Origin: Anthoceros angustus
Lineage: Eukaryota > Plantae > Anthocerotophyta
Length of the DNA stretch: 64,000 bases
Direction of reading: 5' to 3'
Assembly (NCBI GenBank): GCA_010909165.1
Contig: VJWM01000135.1
Span: 1 to 64,000, forward strand
The first letter of the stretch is position 1; every line of letters begins with the position of its first letter. Both the position numbers and the translations under genes were made by a program. The notes under the pieces were generated by a model that had not been told where the DNA came from, ran no database searches, and saw only the letters and a program-made list of their open reading frames with translations. This document shows positions 21,075 to 33,449 of this stretch, one piece after another.

Positions 21075-23253
21075 CCACCTATCCTTCCCACTTCCCAAAG
21101 TACATTTATGGTCATTGACCAATTTGAGTCCTTATCTTGCTGAGGTGGTGACGCGTTCCCTCCTGGTTGGTCTTTCATCAACTCCGTGATCAGCTCCGTG
21201 CTCCTCACTTCCAAGCTTAACCGGGTCTTTCGCAATTCTTCCTCCACATCCCGGATTTTGATGGCTTGGGTGGCCAACACTTGCTCCTGTGCCTCCACTT
21301 GTTGGACTACCCGCTTCTCCCTCCCTAGAGCTTCAGATTTTATCCGCCGCTCCTGCTCTAGTTGGGCAAAATGGTCCTCCGCCTTCTACCTCTATGTGTC
21401 TCGCTGGCCGGTGGCTCAAACTGCTCTCTCTTCCGCTTGGGACAACTTTCCCTCCAGGGCCTTCTCTGTCCGCCTATGGTCCACAATATCTTGCTGGAGC
21501 TTCTCCACAGCCTTCTCCAACTTGGATGCCTTCTCATCGGACTCCATGGCCTCCAGCTGCCACTTGGTCCCCGCTCGTCTCTCTTCCATCTCCGGGCCTT
21601 ATTCGCCCGGACTTCCTCTTTACATGCCAGGAGGGAGGCTGCCATTCCCTTGGCTTTCTTCACGTCTATCTTGCTAAGTGTCTCACAAACACTCAGCAAT
21701 TCTCCTAGGGGTCCTAATTCAGACCCTTCCAGCTTGTTGCTGGAAATCTCCAGCACCTCTGCATCCCTTGGGCAGGCCTCCTGCTCGTCGCGTGGCGGGG
21801 CAGGCCCCCGCATTGTCGCTCCATCACCCCTTCCTCCTGGCACGGGTGATTGCTGCCTAGGCGTGGCCCTCGGCGCCTCGCGCTGACCCTCCTTCCTCTT
21901 CCCTACCACCGTAGGCTGCCTGCCTACCGGCATAGGGTGCCTAACTACCGAGGTAGGTTGCTTCCTCATCGCCAGAGTGCACGCCTACCGCATAGGGTGC
22001 CTACTGCAGGTGGGTTGCTTCCCCTCTTGCTGCACCCTAACGTGGGGTGCCTACCTTCCGCAGTAGGTTGCTTCCCTACCGACGTAGGCTGCCTTCCTAC
22101 CGTAATAGATTAGCTACCTACCGTGGTAAGTCGACGGGGTGCCTCTCCCTCTAGCACCCATGAGATGGTGGGAACCCCTCCCAGCCTAAGGGGTGTCTCC
22201 TCTACCGCGGTAGGCTGCCTCCCTACCGTGCTAGGCTGCACTCCTACCGTGGTAGGAGCGCCGTTGTAAACCACCACTTGGCCCTCACTGGCCTGCATCT
22301 CTCGTCCCCCTCCTTGCTCCTCATGTGGGGGAAAATCCTCCCCTCTGGCAATCCTTCCGGTGCTGCCGCTATCTTGGTGGTGGGGCACTTGAAGAAGTTT
22401 GCCCTCCCATGGTTTTTCCTTAAAGCAAAGGGCAAAAGCCTCTCCAAGCTTGGCTTGAGGTGAATAAATAAACCCATAAATGCACCAAATAGGTGCTGAG
22501 GTAGCAAGGCCTTGCACTTCCTTCATCCACCGTGTTGGGCTTGAGAAGCTTCTCCCTGTGATAAATATAAGCCTCATACATGATGGTTCCCCAATCCAGC
22601 TTAGCTCCTTTGATGATCTTCTACAAAAATTGTAAGAAATTGGTGCTGAAGTAGGAGGTGCGTTGATAATTCACCAACCCCAAGATAATTTTGGCGAAGA
22701 GTCTCCACTTGAGCTCCTTGATGCTGTCCGTCTTCCATCCATTCTTGGTTTTGGCCTTCATCCCTCCGTCGATGAGATCCAAAACCTCTTGAGGAATATC
22801 CGTGGTGGGAACTCTCTTTCTCCCATTCGTTCTCTCGAGGAGAGCGACTCTTGAGCTCTCCTCCTCCGGTCTCCCATACACATGGCGAATGCTGCGGACT
22901 GTCCAGCAGCGGGGATCAGTCGTGGCATTCCTTTTTGGCGGCGCGGCAAGGGCTGCCTCCGATTGATGGAGGTTGATGTAACACTCCTCAATCAACTCTA
23001 AATTGGTGTAGGCCCATTGGCGGCCATACACCCATCCCAATTGGATGTTCTCCTCCTCTGCCCACTGCCTAAAATCCACCAAATCTCGGGGGTTGAGCTG
23101 CCCTGCGAAACAAGAGAAGTGCGGCATTTCAAAGTTTCCACCACCTTGTGGCGTGCCTCCTGCTGCTGGCTTTTTGCCTCTGCCTGCGCCTTCTCCTGAT
23201 GATGAGCCCTTGGTGGGCGCCTCCTTCCCCTTGCCCTTTACTGCTCGAGTCAT
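21065..23253 (-). pseudogene. Accessory (extra) ORF of an LTR retrotransposon, frameshifted, with coiled-coil C-terminus and VGRQP repeats
   Basis: Consecutive minus-strand ORFs 22621..23253, 22110..22577, 21358..21969 and 21065..21298. The last runs through the PPT and stops inside the LTR start. No gag/pol motifs seen. Confidence 0.6.
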
Positions 23254-24531
23254 GGCGCCTTCTTACTTCCCACTGGCTCCGGAACGCAAAAAGAATTTAC
23301 TCCCCAATTTGCAAGTCCGCTGGCCCTTCTGGTGCCTCACCACGAGACCCTCCTGGCGGAAAGCAACCCTGTCACACAATCCCACGGTTAGCCCTGGCTT
23401 GCTTCCCACTCTCTCCTTCTCTTCTTCTTCTTCAACGTGGAGGTGCCTCTACTGAATTGCTTGCGTCTTCCTTGTGACTCTTCCTTCAATCTCGTCGCCT
23501 CTTCCTCGTTCCTGAGCGCGCCGCCCTAGTGTCCTCCGTAGCTCGCAGTGCCTTCCGCAGCTCGCAAGCCTCCCTCGCTCCACAGTCCCTCCTTTTCTTC
23601 TTCTTCCTCTACCCCGAGCGTAGTCCGCAGCTAGGGATTCTCTCCTTTCTTCCAGCTCGTGCCTCGCCTCCTTCTTCTCTCAGGGCGACCGCGGCGATGA
23701 CGCCTCCTTCTCTTCCCTCTTCTTCTCCAACGCTCGAAGGTCAGTGTTGCGCGCGAAGTGGAGATGCTCCAATTCGGGGTGAAAGATGGCATTGCCCAAA
23801 CTGGACTTTCCTCCCCCAGATGTTCGCCACGTGGATGCCTCTCAACCCTGAGATTGGGTTCCCCATCCTAAAATACCATTTTCCCCCTAGTTTACCTATT
23901 TTCCTACCCAATTTCGGCCTCTAATTAATTACCTTCTAATGAGTAGGTCTCTAATTAAATATTTCCTGTTTTAGCCTAATTATCTAATTTCCTATTGGCG
24001 GGCATATATAGCAAATATACCCTGCTCATAAATTCCTTTTTCCTGTTCGAAACGTCTTCAGCCTACGACGGTAGCCTGCCAGTCTATCGCGGTAGTATGC
24101 CCGCGCTCCTCAGCCTATCGGCGTAGGATGGCAGCCTACGGCGGTAGGTTGCCACCATCGGCGTGGGATGGCGGCCTGCAGGTAGGTTGCCGACCTCACC
24201 GCCAGCTACCACCTTCACCAAAGGCCATTTCAACCCGTTTCTTCTTCTCTAAGTATCCTCCCTACCTTCCTAACAGTATTCTACAATTCCAGCTTCAAAA
24301 GAATCGAAAAAGCTTTGGCATGTTTCCTCCAAACCATTTCTAACAAAAAAAAAAATCAGTCCTGTTTCAAAACAAACCAACTTAAACCAGTGGCCAAACT
24401 TTTACGTTCCACAGCCGCAGCAATTATGAGCCTGCTTGCACGACCAAGTTAGATGATGAAGCTCGCCGCATGAGCTCGTTTCCACAAACAAAGCATCTAT
24501 GATCGGTGCAACTTAGGCGCAATACTGGGTT

Positions 24532-24669
24532 GCACGGTCATAGCCATTGTAATCCCCGAATTGAAAAGGAGAAACATTGATTGATTTCAAGCCGTGAATG
24601 TTGGGCCGCACGGTCACACGCATTGCAATCCCCGAATCGAAAAGGAGAAACATCGATTGATTTCAAGCC
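24532..24669. repeat. 76-bp tandem duplication
   Basis: GCACGGTCA..ATCCCCGAAT..AAAAGGAGAAACAT..ATTGATTTCAAGCC starts at 24532 and 24608. Confidence 0.9.
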
Positions 24670-25070
24670 CTGATAATTGATGGGTATGCATACATGTGCA
24701 ACCCATCCTACTATGCACCATTGAACATAATGCCATGTATTGAAGAGGAAGAAGAATTTATGAAAATATTTTCTAAATTTTACTAAGGATGAATGGAAGG
24801 ATGAATCATCATGGAACTAAAATATGACAAGTACTTAGATTGTGATGGAAAGAGCTAAAACAAAAATAAGATAAATAATCAAGCAGTTAATCAACACTCA
24901 AACACTCAAACAATCAACCAACTAATCAAAACTCAAACAAGAGAAAAAAATAACCAACCATATCCCTAGTGTAGACTTGCTTTCAAGTAGACACACAAGC
25001 TTACTTTCAAGTTTGTCTACTTGCAAATATAAATTGACGACAACTTTGTGAATGAACTGCGCGAGGAAAG

Positions 25071-25360
25071 TGTATACTAATCTTCTTCGAGCTCCTTGGT
25101 TTCAAAGATTTATAATGATGGAAGGTGGAATGACTTCACTTTGAAACCCAGAGGCTCCATAAACCTAGAGGAGTGTATACCAATCTTCTTCGAACTTCTT
25201 GGTTTCAAAGATTTATAATGATGGAAGGTGAAATGACTTCACTTTGAAACCTAGAGGCTCCATAAACCTAGAGGAGTGTATACCAATCTTCTTCGAACTT
25301 CTTGGTTTCAAAGATTTATAATGATGGAAGGTGGAATGACTTCACTTTAAAACCTAGAGG
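25071..25360. repeat. 103-bp tandem repeat, ~2.8 copies
   Basis: TGTATAC(T/C)AATCTTCTTCGA..GGTTTCAAAGATTTATAATGATGGAAGGTG..CCTAGAGG starts at 25071, 25174 and 25277. Confidence 0.95.
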
Positions 25361-25533
25361 ACAACTATGTCCATAAATTAATTCACGCATTATACTGTTT
25401 AACCATATCCGATGAGACTCCCAAGTGAACTAGAATACTTGTTAGTGAAAGACACTTTGACTCCTTAAGTGTTACATATGACCAAGAGGTTAACCAGTGA
25501 CGTTACCTTTCCGAATGGATTACCATTTCAAGA

Positions 25534-27138
25534 TTACCGGATGTTTGGCCTCTGCTCCCGGCTGGCCCCCGTGAAGGCTCCTGAGGTTGGCCAGAGATTC
25601 TCGAGGTTATCGGGGCTGTTAAACGCGGCAAGCAAAGCGTTCATTTCTTCCGAGTCTTGGCGATCCGGAAACTGTGGCTGCTGCCAATAAAATCCTGCCG
25701 CCGAATTGTGTGCCCGTGGTTGCTGACGTGGCGGGCGGCCGCGTGCGCGTGTAGCTGCGATCTGCCCTGGCCGCTGGAATAGTGGTGGAGATCCGCGTGC
25801 TTGTGGAAGCTCCGGATCCGGATCCGGCTGCTGCCGCTGTCGATGAAGTTGATCGCCTCCGTATCCGAATCCATGTCCGCTACCTGCTGCAAAAACTTGC
25901 TCCGGATTGGGTATCTGAACTTGCGCATGCCCCGATCCAGCTGCATACCCGGCTCGCCAGCGATGCTGCGGATACGTTGTTCGATGACGCGGGAGATATG
26001 GATGTGCGTGCGTTGCTGGCATGGATGCGCGTGCGTTCCCAGTTTGAGGGGGCAGCGCTAGCGCTAGCGGAATCCATCCTTGCTGCAATCCCTCTGGGCT
26101 ATCCGGGACTTCAATCGGATCTTGTACAGTCCCGGCTTGAGGACGCTGCGGTTCCCATAGGCTGCCCTGCCATTCGTATCGATTCTCACTATACGTGGCT
26201 TGATGAAGCAGGCCGGCCGCGGGGTTCGTCCTCATCCCTGGCACCTCCAGCGGATTCATGACTTGCATCTCCGCATGCCCTAGGGCTTGTCCTTGTTTTA
26301 CCGGACGCCTGAACCAGTAATCCTCCTGCCCCCAAAGGCTCGGATCTACAATCTCTTGTTCATGCGGACATCGTTGCGTGGGTGTTGATTCCGGATTCGA
26401 CGGCACCCTTTCTCGCAGACTCTGCGACAGTGGGAGGACTTGGTCTAGGAATCCGGTCGCTCCTCCCTCTGTGTTGAACTGGGCAGGAACTGGATTCCTG
26501 GCCTGAACTTCCAGCAGACGTGTCTCCCCCTGCGCGGCTCCCCCTTGCCCTGCATCCCCGGGTTGGGGAGATGGATCCCGCTCCGGATCCGGATGTAGAG
26601 CGTGCCCGGATCCGGCTCCATCTCCTGCTCCCGCTGGCCCATTGCCGGCGTGCATTTGTTGCCTCTCCAGCAGCATATATTCGTGTTCCAAGATACAGTC
26701 GAGATCCGTTTGATCTAAAAGTAGGAATGGCGGGAGATCCGCCTGTTCAAATTGTTTCGCAGATGGATCCCGCTCCGGATCCGGATGTCGAGCTTGCCCC
26801 GATCCGGCTCCATCTCCTGCTCCCGCTGGCCCATTGCCGGCTTGCGTTTGTTGCCTCTCCAGCAGCATAAATTCGTGTTCGAATATCCAGTGAAGATCCG
26901 TTTGATCAAAGGGTGAAGATGGCGGGAGATCTGCTTGTTCAATTTGTTCCACATCCTCAAGCCGCATCAGTGGTAAACTCGACAAGGCTGGAGGATCCTC
27001 GTCCAGTGGAAACTCCCTTAGTGGCGGTCCCTGCGCTGGAGCTGCAACAGCCCCATTTTGCCCACCTCCTGCCGATGTCTGCTCATCTTGGGGCTGTTGT
27101 TGCGTTCGCTTCTCTTCCTCCAATTTTCGCTTACACAT
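25534..27138 (-). CDS. Hypothetical Q/P/G-rich protein, single ORF of 534 aa with a 64-aa internal tandem duplication
   Basis: 1.6 kb stop-free GC-rich ORF in AT-rich surroundings; 192-bp repeat (26571 vs 26763) preserves frame. No family motif recognised. Confidence 0.6.
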   Translation of the reverse strand: MCKRKLEEEKRTQQQPQDEQTSAGGGQNGAVAAPAQGPPLREFPLDEDPPALSSLPLMRLEDVEQIEQADLPPSSPFDQTDLHWIFEHEFMLLERQQTQAGNGPAGAGDGAGSGQARHPDPERDPSAKQFEQADLPPFLLLDQTDLDCILEHEYMLLERQQMHAGNGPAGAGDGAGSGHALHPDPERDPSPQPGDAGQGGAAQGETRLLEVQARNPVPAQFNTEGGATGFLDQVLPLSQSLRERVPSNPESTPTQRCPHEQEIVDPSLWGQEDYWFRRPVKQGQALGHAEMQVMNPLEVPGMRTNPAAGLLHQATYSENRYEWQGSLWEPQRPQAGTVQDPIEVPDSPEGLQQGWIPLALALPPQTGNARASMPATHAHPYLPRHRTTYPQHRWRAGYAAGSGHAQVQIPNPEQVFAAGSGHGFGYGGDQLHRQRQQPDPDPELPQARGSPPLFQRPGQIAATRARGRPPRQQPRAHNSAAGFYWQQPQFPDRQDSEEMNALLAAFNSPDNLENLWPTSGAFTGASREQRPNIR

Positions 27139-28888
27139 ATTGGCCCTAATCTATGAAAAGTTTTCAAGTGCAAAATTTAATATTTTGCATCTTCAACCTT
27201 CCACTCCGGAGATATTAAAAGTTTTCTCAGACCCTCCCTGGAAGAGCAAACTTCCGGCCGGATCAATATCGGCATGAAAATTACTCATGCCCGATTGCAC
27301 TTGGCCCTTGGTGGCCAACCTGCTAAGATGTTTGTAAGAAAGTCCAGGGCTTTTGATATATAATCTTTTTTCTCAATAGCCCGTTGTTGTAAAGTAAAGT
27401 CTCACAAGCCGTCCTAGTAAATTATCTCCGTTGTTGTTCAAGGTTTTCTAGATTAAACAGAATATTAAAAAATAAAATATTTATCAAAAAGTAATTTTCT
27501 TATCTTTCATGTTGGTCACTCTACCCACCATGCATAGCCATCTCGCTCGTCACCGCATCAAAATTCTTACATCCCACGTCTCGTAGATGGCGCCTGATAT
27601 ATATGTGCATGAGAAGCCTGCAAGTCCAAAATAAGTGTCTTAGGACTTTAGCCTCCGGGCTTAATTCCCGATAAATGAGACCGCCTACATGAAAATATAT
27701 AAAGAGGAGAAATATCTGGAATATAAAGAGGAGAAATATCTTTTCTCATTGCACTTTTCTTTTCTTGAATCACTATTCTTTCTATTTACATTTGAATACG
27801 TTTTTATTAAGGAAAGAGGGGTTGGGTCAACCCATCTAGGTTAACCTTACAGTGGTTGCTGCTATTCCGGTATATTTTTGAGAAAAACAGATGAAACACG
27901 TGTCCCTTAGAGAAAAACAGATGAAACACGTGTCCCTTAGTAATGTTGTTGATCCCATGAACCAACAATTTGAGAAAATTGTCAAAGCTTCGTTCTCCCC
28001 TCATGCTTCCATGCCACTTCTTCTTAGCATGATGCCGATTCTTCATAGGGTGGATTCATTATGTAATTGCCCACTCATGGCTTTGTGTTTGGCTTGATTT
28101 TGAGTGGTTAAAAATGCTTTCAACCGATCTTTTATTATCTAACAAACTTAATAATCAGCATCTTTGGATGAAGATAAAATAATTAGGATACGCATCATGA
28201 GTTTATCGGGAGCACGCCTAGTACTCCCCAGTGAACCATATGTGTTATCATCAATTTATACCTAGCCTTCTGGTGGATGCCCTCTAGTAAATTTGGAGAC
28301 TTTATACAAATATTTCAAAGTGTACATTGAAGCCTCGCAATGGGAGTTTAATATGGAATAACTCCGTAGGACACTAACAACCGGCAGAGTTTGAGTTTAA
28401 TCCGGTTAACCCTGTAGGACAATAACAACTAGACCCCACACACTGCGAGACTGAGGACATGTTTTATAATAGGTGGCCCCACATGGCCATGGAGCTAGGA
28501 ATGGGTGACACCCCCATTTGAGAGAACTGAGGCGTCCCAAGGACTTTTGACCTTTGGACTTCAATGAACCCAAGTCGGGATCTCATGAGGGAGGGACTAG
28601 TGACTACCCAACCGGTTATATTGCTTTGATGGATTGATCAGAAATTATTATTTTTAACTGGACCGAAATTTTGGACGAAGACTTCATATGAATCCACCCT
28701 TAGACGAGCGCTCTCCCAATTGCTCTTTCCTTGTCTTCATAGTCGATACCTCTTTAAGGGTGACTGTAGGGTTTTCGGTTTGCTCTGATAAAATGCTGTA
28801 GGTTTATTTTAAACTCCTTCCTGAGGTTGCGAGAGGGAACGGGTAAAAATAGTTCCCACCACTAACTCAGGAAGCAGGAAGCGGGAAG

Positions 28889-31800
28889 ATGGCTGGAGTG
28901 CCGCGGAATTCCGCACAGCAACGTGAGTCTCTGATGCATTGCGGAAAGTGGCACACCTGACCCTGTGTATTCTCTCTGACTTCTGTGTGCTCTGGCTGTT
29001 CCTGAAGGGAGGAATAAGGAGTCAGGAGTGCAGCTGAGGGACAGCAGCAAGGATGACGACTCCGATGAGGAGTCCATATTTTCACAGTCTGAGAGCCAGT
29101 CGGAGGCAAGCGATGCAAGTTCGAATCATGATGGTTCATCCCAAGAGGACGAGGAAGAGGATGAGGAATCGGACGAGGAAGTGTCAAGCTTGCCCGATGG
29201 AGTAGCATCGTCGGGAAGACGGGTTGGTGCGAATCCGGTTGCTATTCGGGGCCTGGTCAGAGGCAGAGGCAGAGGCAGAGGTAGAGGCAGAGGCAGAGGC
29301 AGAGGCAGAGGGGGAGGCAGGAAGGGCAATCAGAACCCACAAGATCCCTCTCTCCAGTGGCAAGACTGGTTCAGTAACCTGGTGGGGCGGGGAGCTTGGG
29401 GACATGATGATGTTGATGTTGAGTTCGACTGGGAGCAGCTTGTGAGAGACAGAGCTGCAGTACAGCGCATAGCTGCGTCGCCGAAACTGGTTTTGCCGCT
29501 GCTTCCGTTCCAGGAGGAGTGGCTTGGGTGGAGTCTGAATCAGGAGGGGTCTGAATGGAAAGGGGGAATACTGGCAGACGAGATGGGAATGGGAAAAACG
29601 ATTCAAGCTATTTCTCTCATAGTTACCAGTCCAGGAGTACCCGCTCCTGCAGCACCGGCAAGCAATGAGTTGCCACAGGTGAAAGCCACGCTGGTGGTCT
29701 TACCTGTGGTGGCGGTACTACAGTGGCGAAGCGAGATCCAGAAGTTCACGGATGGGAGTGTGAAGGTCATGGTTTATCATGGAAATAAGCGTGGTGCAAC
29801 CCTCGCAGAGTTGGCCAGTTATGACGTTGTGCTGACAACTTACAGCATTGTAGAGAATGAGTTCAGGAGGAATGTGCAACCTCCTAAGGTTGCATGCAAG
29901 TGGTGCAAGCGGCAATTCTCAGCTGAGAAGCTGAGAATTCATTGCCGTTATTTTTGCGGACCGTATGCTAGGAGGACTGAAAAGCAATCTAAGCAAACAA
30001 AAAAGCGGAAGCTAGGGGAAAGCTCGTATGTAGGAGCTGCAGGGGCTGAATCAGGCGGTGATGTTGAGATGGAGGATTCAGACGATGAACAGCCACTGAA
30101 AGGGGGGAAGAGGGCAGCTTCATCTTGGAAAGGAAAGGGGAAAGTGGTCACTGACAAAGTGAAAATAACAAAAGAACAGCTGCAGGGTTGCCTGGATCAA
30201 GCAAATGGTCAAGGGTGTAGCACAACTGCATCTGGGAGGCCCAAGTCCATGCTGTTTTCTGTCAAGTGGGCAAGGATTATCTTGGATGAGGTAACACATC
30301 AAATAGTGCTAGCGTCTTTTTGTTTCTCTTATGCAGACGTTGTTGTTTTCTTGAATTCATGCCCCTGTTTTCCTGAGTAGGCGCATTCCATCAAAGATCG
30401 AAGGTGCAATACAGCTAAGGCTGTTTATTCACTGGAGTCAGTGTACAAGTGGGCTCTTAGTGGGACCCCTTTGCAAAATCGTGTGGGAGAACTGTATTCA
30501 TTGGTAAGACCTGTATTCTTTGTCTGTTTAAGAGTATTCCTAGGACTGTGTCAGAGATTGACTGAGCAAGCTCTGTGTTGCAGGTGCGTTATCTGCAAAT
30601 CTACCCTTTTTCCTACTACTTCTGCTCTAAGTGCGACTGTAAATCTCTTGAGCACAAGTAAGTGGACGGAGGCTGATCATAACAGACAGAAACCTCACGG
30701 CAGAGGTTTCTCTGAGTTGGATGCTCATGTGAATATTTTTGCAGGTTTGGTCAATGTGACGATTGTAAACACCCTGGTATCAGCCATTTCTGCTGGTGGA
30801 ATAAGGTATAGCCTCATGTAGTATGAAGTTCGGCGACTAAGTTTCAAAAATGGTGCAGCTGAGGCGTACTTCGCTGAGGGTGGTCAATTATTGACGTCAG
30901 GTGTCTTGTTCTCCTTTCCAGTTTATTTCAAATCCAATAAAAAAACATGGTTATGTAGCTGGGGGGCGGAAAGCAATGATGCTCCTCAAGAACAAATTGC
31001 TGGATAGTGTGCTTCTAAGGCGTACCAAGATGGAACGAGCAGCTGATCTTGCACTTCCACCAAGAAAAGTAAGAGTTGAAAGGTGAACTAGTTGCCTAGT
31101 GTTCAGGCCTGTATCTGCTGTGTTTGTGTTCAGGTCCTATAATTTTCTCCTTGTGTTTGCTTGCAGTCACTCTGTCGAAGAGATTGTTTTGATGTCCGTG
31201 AAGCTGATTTTTATCAGGCCTTATACACTCAAAGCCACGCCCAATATGATTCGTATGTTAGTCTGCCTGTTGGCCTACATCTGTTCCAACCACTGTTGCT
31301 TGCTGTTTAGTAGCTTCTTCGGGGTAAGATAGTGCGCTTCTTGTCTACAGGTATGTCAGTGCTGGAACTCTTCTGAATAACTATGCCCACATTTTTGACC
31401 TTCTGACTCGGCTACGACAGGTGCTTGCTGTTGCTTTTTCAGTTCTGTGATTTTAAGTTCGTCTTAATGGTTGTAGCGGTTCAAAGATTGTTCATGCCAT
31501 GGCTGACATTCCATCTTGCAACGAGCAGGCTGTGAACCATCCATATTTGGTGATGTTTTCTGCAACGGCGAATTCTGTGCCAAGACAGCAAGCTACTGCG
31601 TTTGATCGGGTTGTCCATCAAGTACTTGGCGAACATGAGGCTGTAGGGGGCGCATGCGGAATATGTCATGATCCTCTAGAAGATCCAGTGGTATGAGATG
31701 TGTCTTGCTTTGTGTTCACTGAATGTGTGTTTTGTGCTGGTTTTTGTCTTTGAACTGGCTACCTTATTTTTGTATTATTGGCAACAGGCATCCGGATGCC

Positions 31801-33033
31801 AGCATGTATTTTGCAGAGTATGTATTCAGGGGTATCTGGATGCAGCTCCTCGGTCCAAAGGAAGACCATTAGCAGGTTGTCCAACTTGCAATAAGCCACT
31901 CACAATTGACCTCACTGGGGAAGGGGCGAAACCTGCGGTGTTAAAAAATCCTGGATATAAGCAGAAGAGTATTTTAAGCCGTATTGATCTTAGCAAGTTT
32001 CAAAGCAGCACCAAGATTGAAGCTCTGGTCGGTTATGCCCTGCATTTATTGCTGTGTATTATCAACAGCTGGGATCTTGCAAACTTCTAATGCGTGCATA
32101 CATTCTGATTTCGCAGAGGGAGGAGATAATGCTAATGCTAGAACGTGATCCTGCAGCCAAGGCAATTGTCTTCAGCCAGTTTACATCAATGCTGGACCTT
32201 ATCGGATATACCTTTGAAAAAGTAAGGTTTATACTTTAAATCACGAGATGTGATGAGCCTAACTGAGAGGTTCTTGTTGAGGGAATACATGTTTATGTGG
32301 ATGCACCGGTGTGCAGAAGGGCATCACCTTTGTTAAGCTTGATGGAAGTATGTCTATGACAGCCAGAGATGAAATGATTGATAGATTTACAAATGTTGCA
32401 GAATGCAAGGTATGGGGTTAACCCTTTTTTTCATGTCGTTTGTACTGGAAATCGCCAGTGTTTTTCTAACGGCTCTCTCTTGGCAGGTCTTTCTCATGAG
32501 TTTGAAAGCAGGTGGTGTGGCACTCAACTTGACGGTTGCCTCACATGTAAGAATTTCTGTTACTGCCTCACTTTGCTCAGAGTTATCGTTTGAGTTGATT
32601 TTGCGTCAGGAAGAATCTCTGTTGTTGGCGAACTTTGCTCAGACTTGTCGTTTGAGATAATTTTCCGTCAACAACTTGCCTTTTTCTGGCTTCAGGTTTT
32701 TTTGATGGATCCATGGTGGAATCCGGCTGTGGAGCAACAGGCCCAAGATAGAATCCATCGGCTTGGACAGTACAAACCAATCAAAGTAACACGGTTTGTC
32801 ATTGAGAATACAATTGAAGAGAGAATCCTTAAGCTACAGGAGAAGAAACAACTGGTGTTCGAAGGGTACCGTCTCGTGCCCCTCTCTAGCTCTCTCCTCC
32901 GTTCGTTTTTTGATTCCAGATATGTAGCATTTATGCTGAGAGAACATTTGTTTCTCGCAGAACGGTTGGAAGATCAAGTGAGGCGTTGGGTAAACTGACA
33001 CCAGATGATTTGCAGTTCCTGTTCACGCAATGA
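28889..33033 (+). CDS. RAD16: RAD16-like SNF2 helicase with RING finger, multi-exon
   Basis: [36 protein letters not shown]|[25 protein letters not shown] (CGICHDP..C.HVFCRVC..CPTC), [57 protein letters not shown] and end [15 protein letters not shown] (TGA 33031-33033). The start at 28889 is inferred from a short first exon. Confidence 0.93.
29259..29312 (+). repeat. (GGCAGA)n hexamer microsatellite encoding an RG tract in RAD16
   Basis: About 8 copies translate as [20 protein letters not shown]. Confidence 0.9.
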
Positions 33034-33449
33034 CAGCATGATTTGGTCTAGGCAACGTTTTCCCGCAGTCGGGTCTGTTAAAGACTCCGATTTTGCTCGG
33101 TTCTCATTCCTCGGACTAACAGCAGTAATTAGTCTCAAGTTTTGACCCCCGCTGAAAACAGCTTTAACTGGCCGTGTTTCGTCCCTTCCATCAAGCATGC
33201 CTTTCTCTATATCCTCGTAGAAGGACGGTAGCATGCTTGATTTAATTGGAAGCTTTGCGGTTTGCCGTTTTAACACATTTTCTTAGATCAATTGGAAAAG
33301 ACTGCATTTGCGCACTCGTGATGAAATCCCTTTTGTTTCGATACTCCCAGGATGAGGGCCGAAAGAGAATGCCCACAACGTTTGAGCTATGGGACAAGGC
33401 ACAAGTCACTCTGAGGGCACAAACTTGACGTAATGGAGTCTTTAATTTC

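Noticed and set aside
32974-33276. 100-aa minus-strand ORF at the RAD16 3' end
   Set aside because: It lies in the overlapping 3' regions of convergent genes and has no motif; the BDH-like frame stops at 33450.
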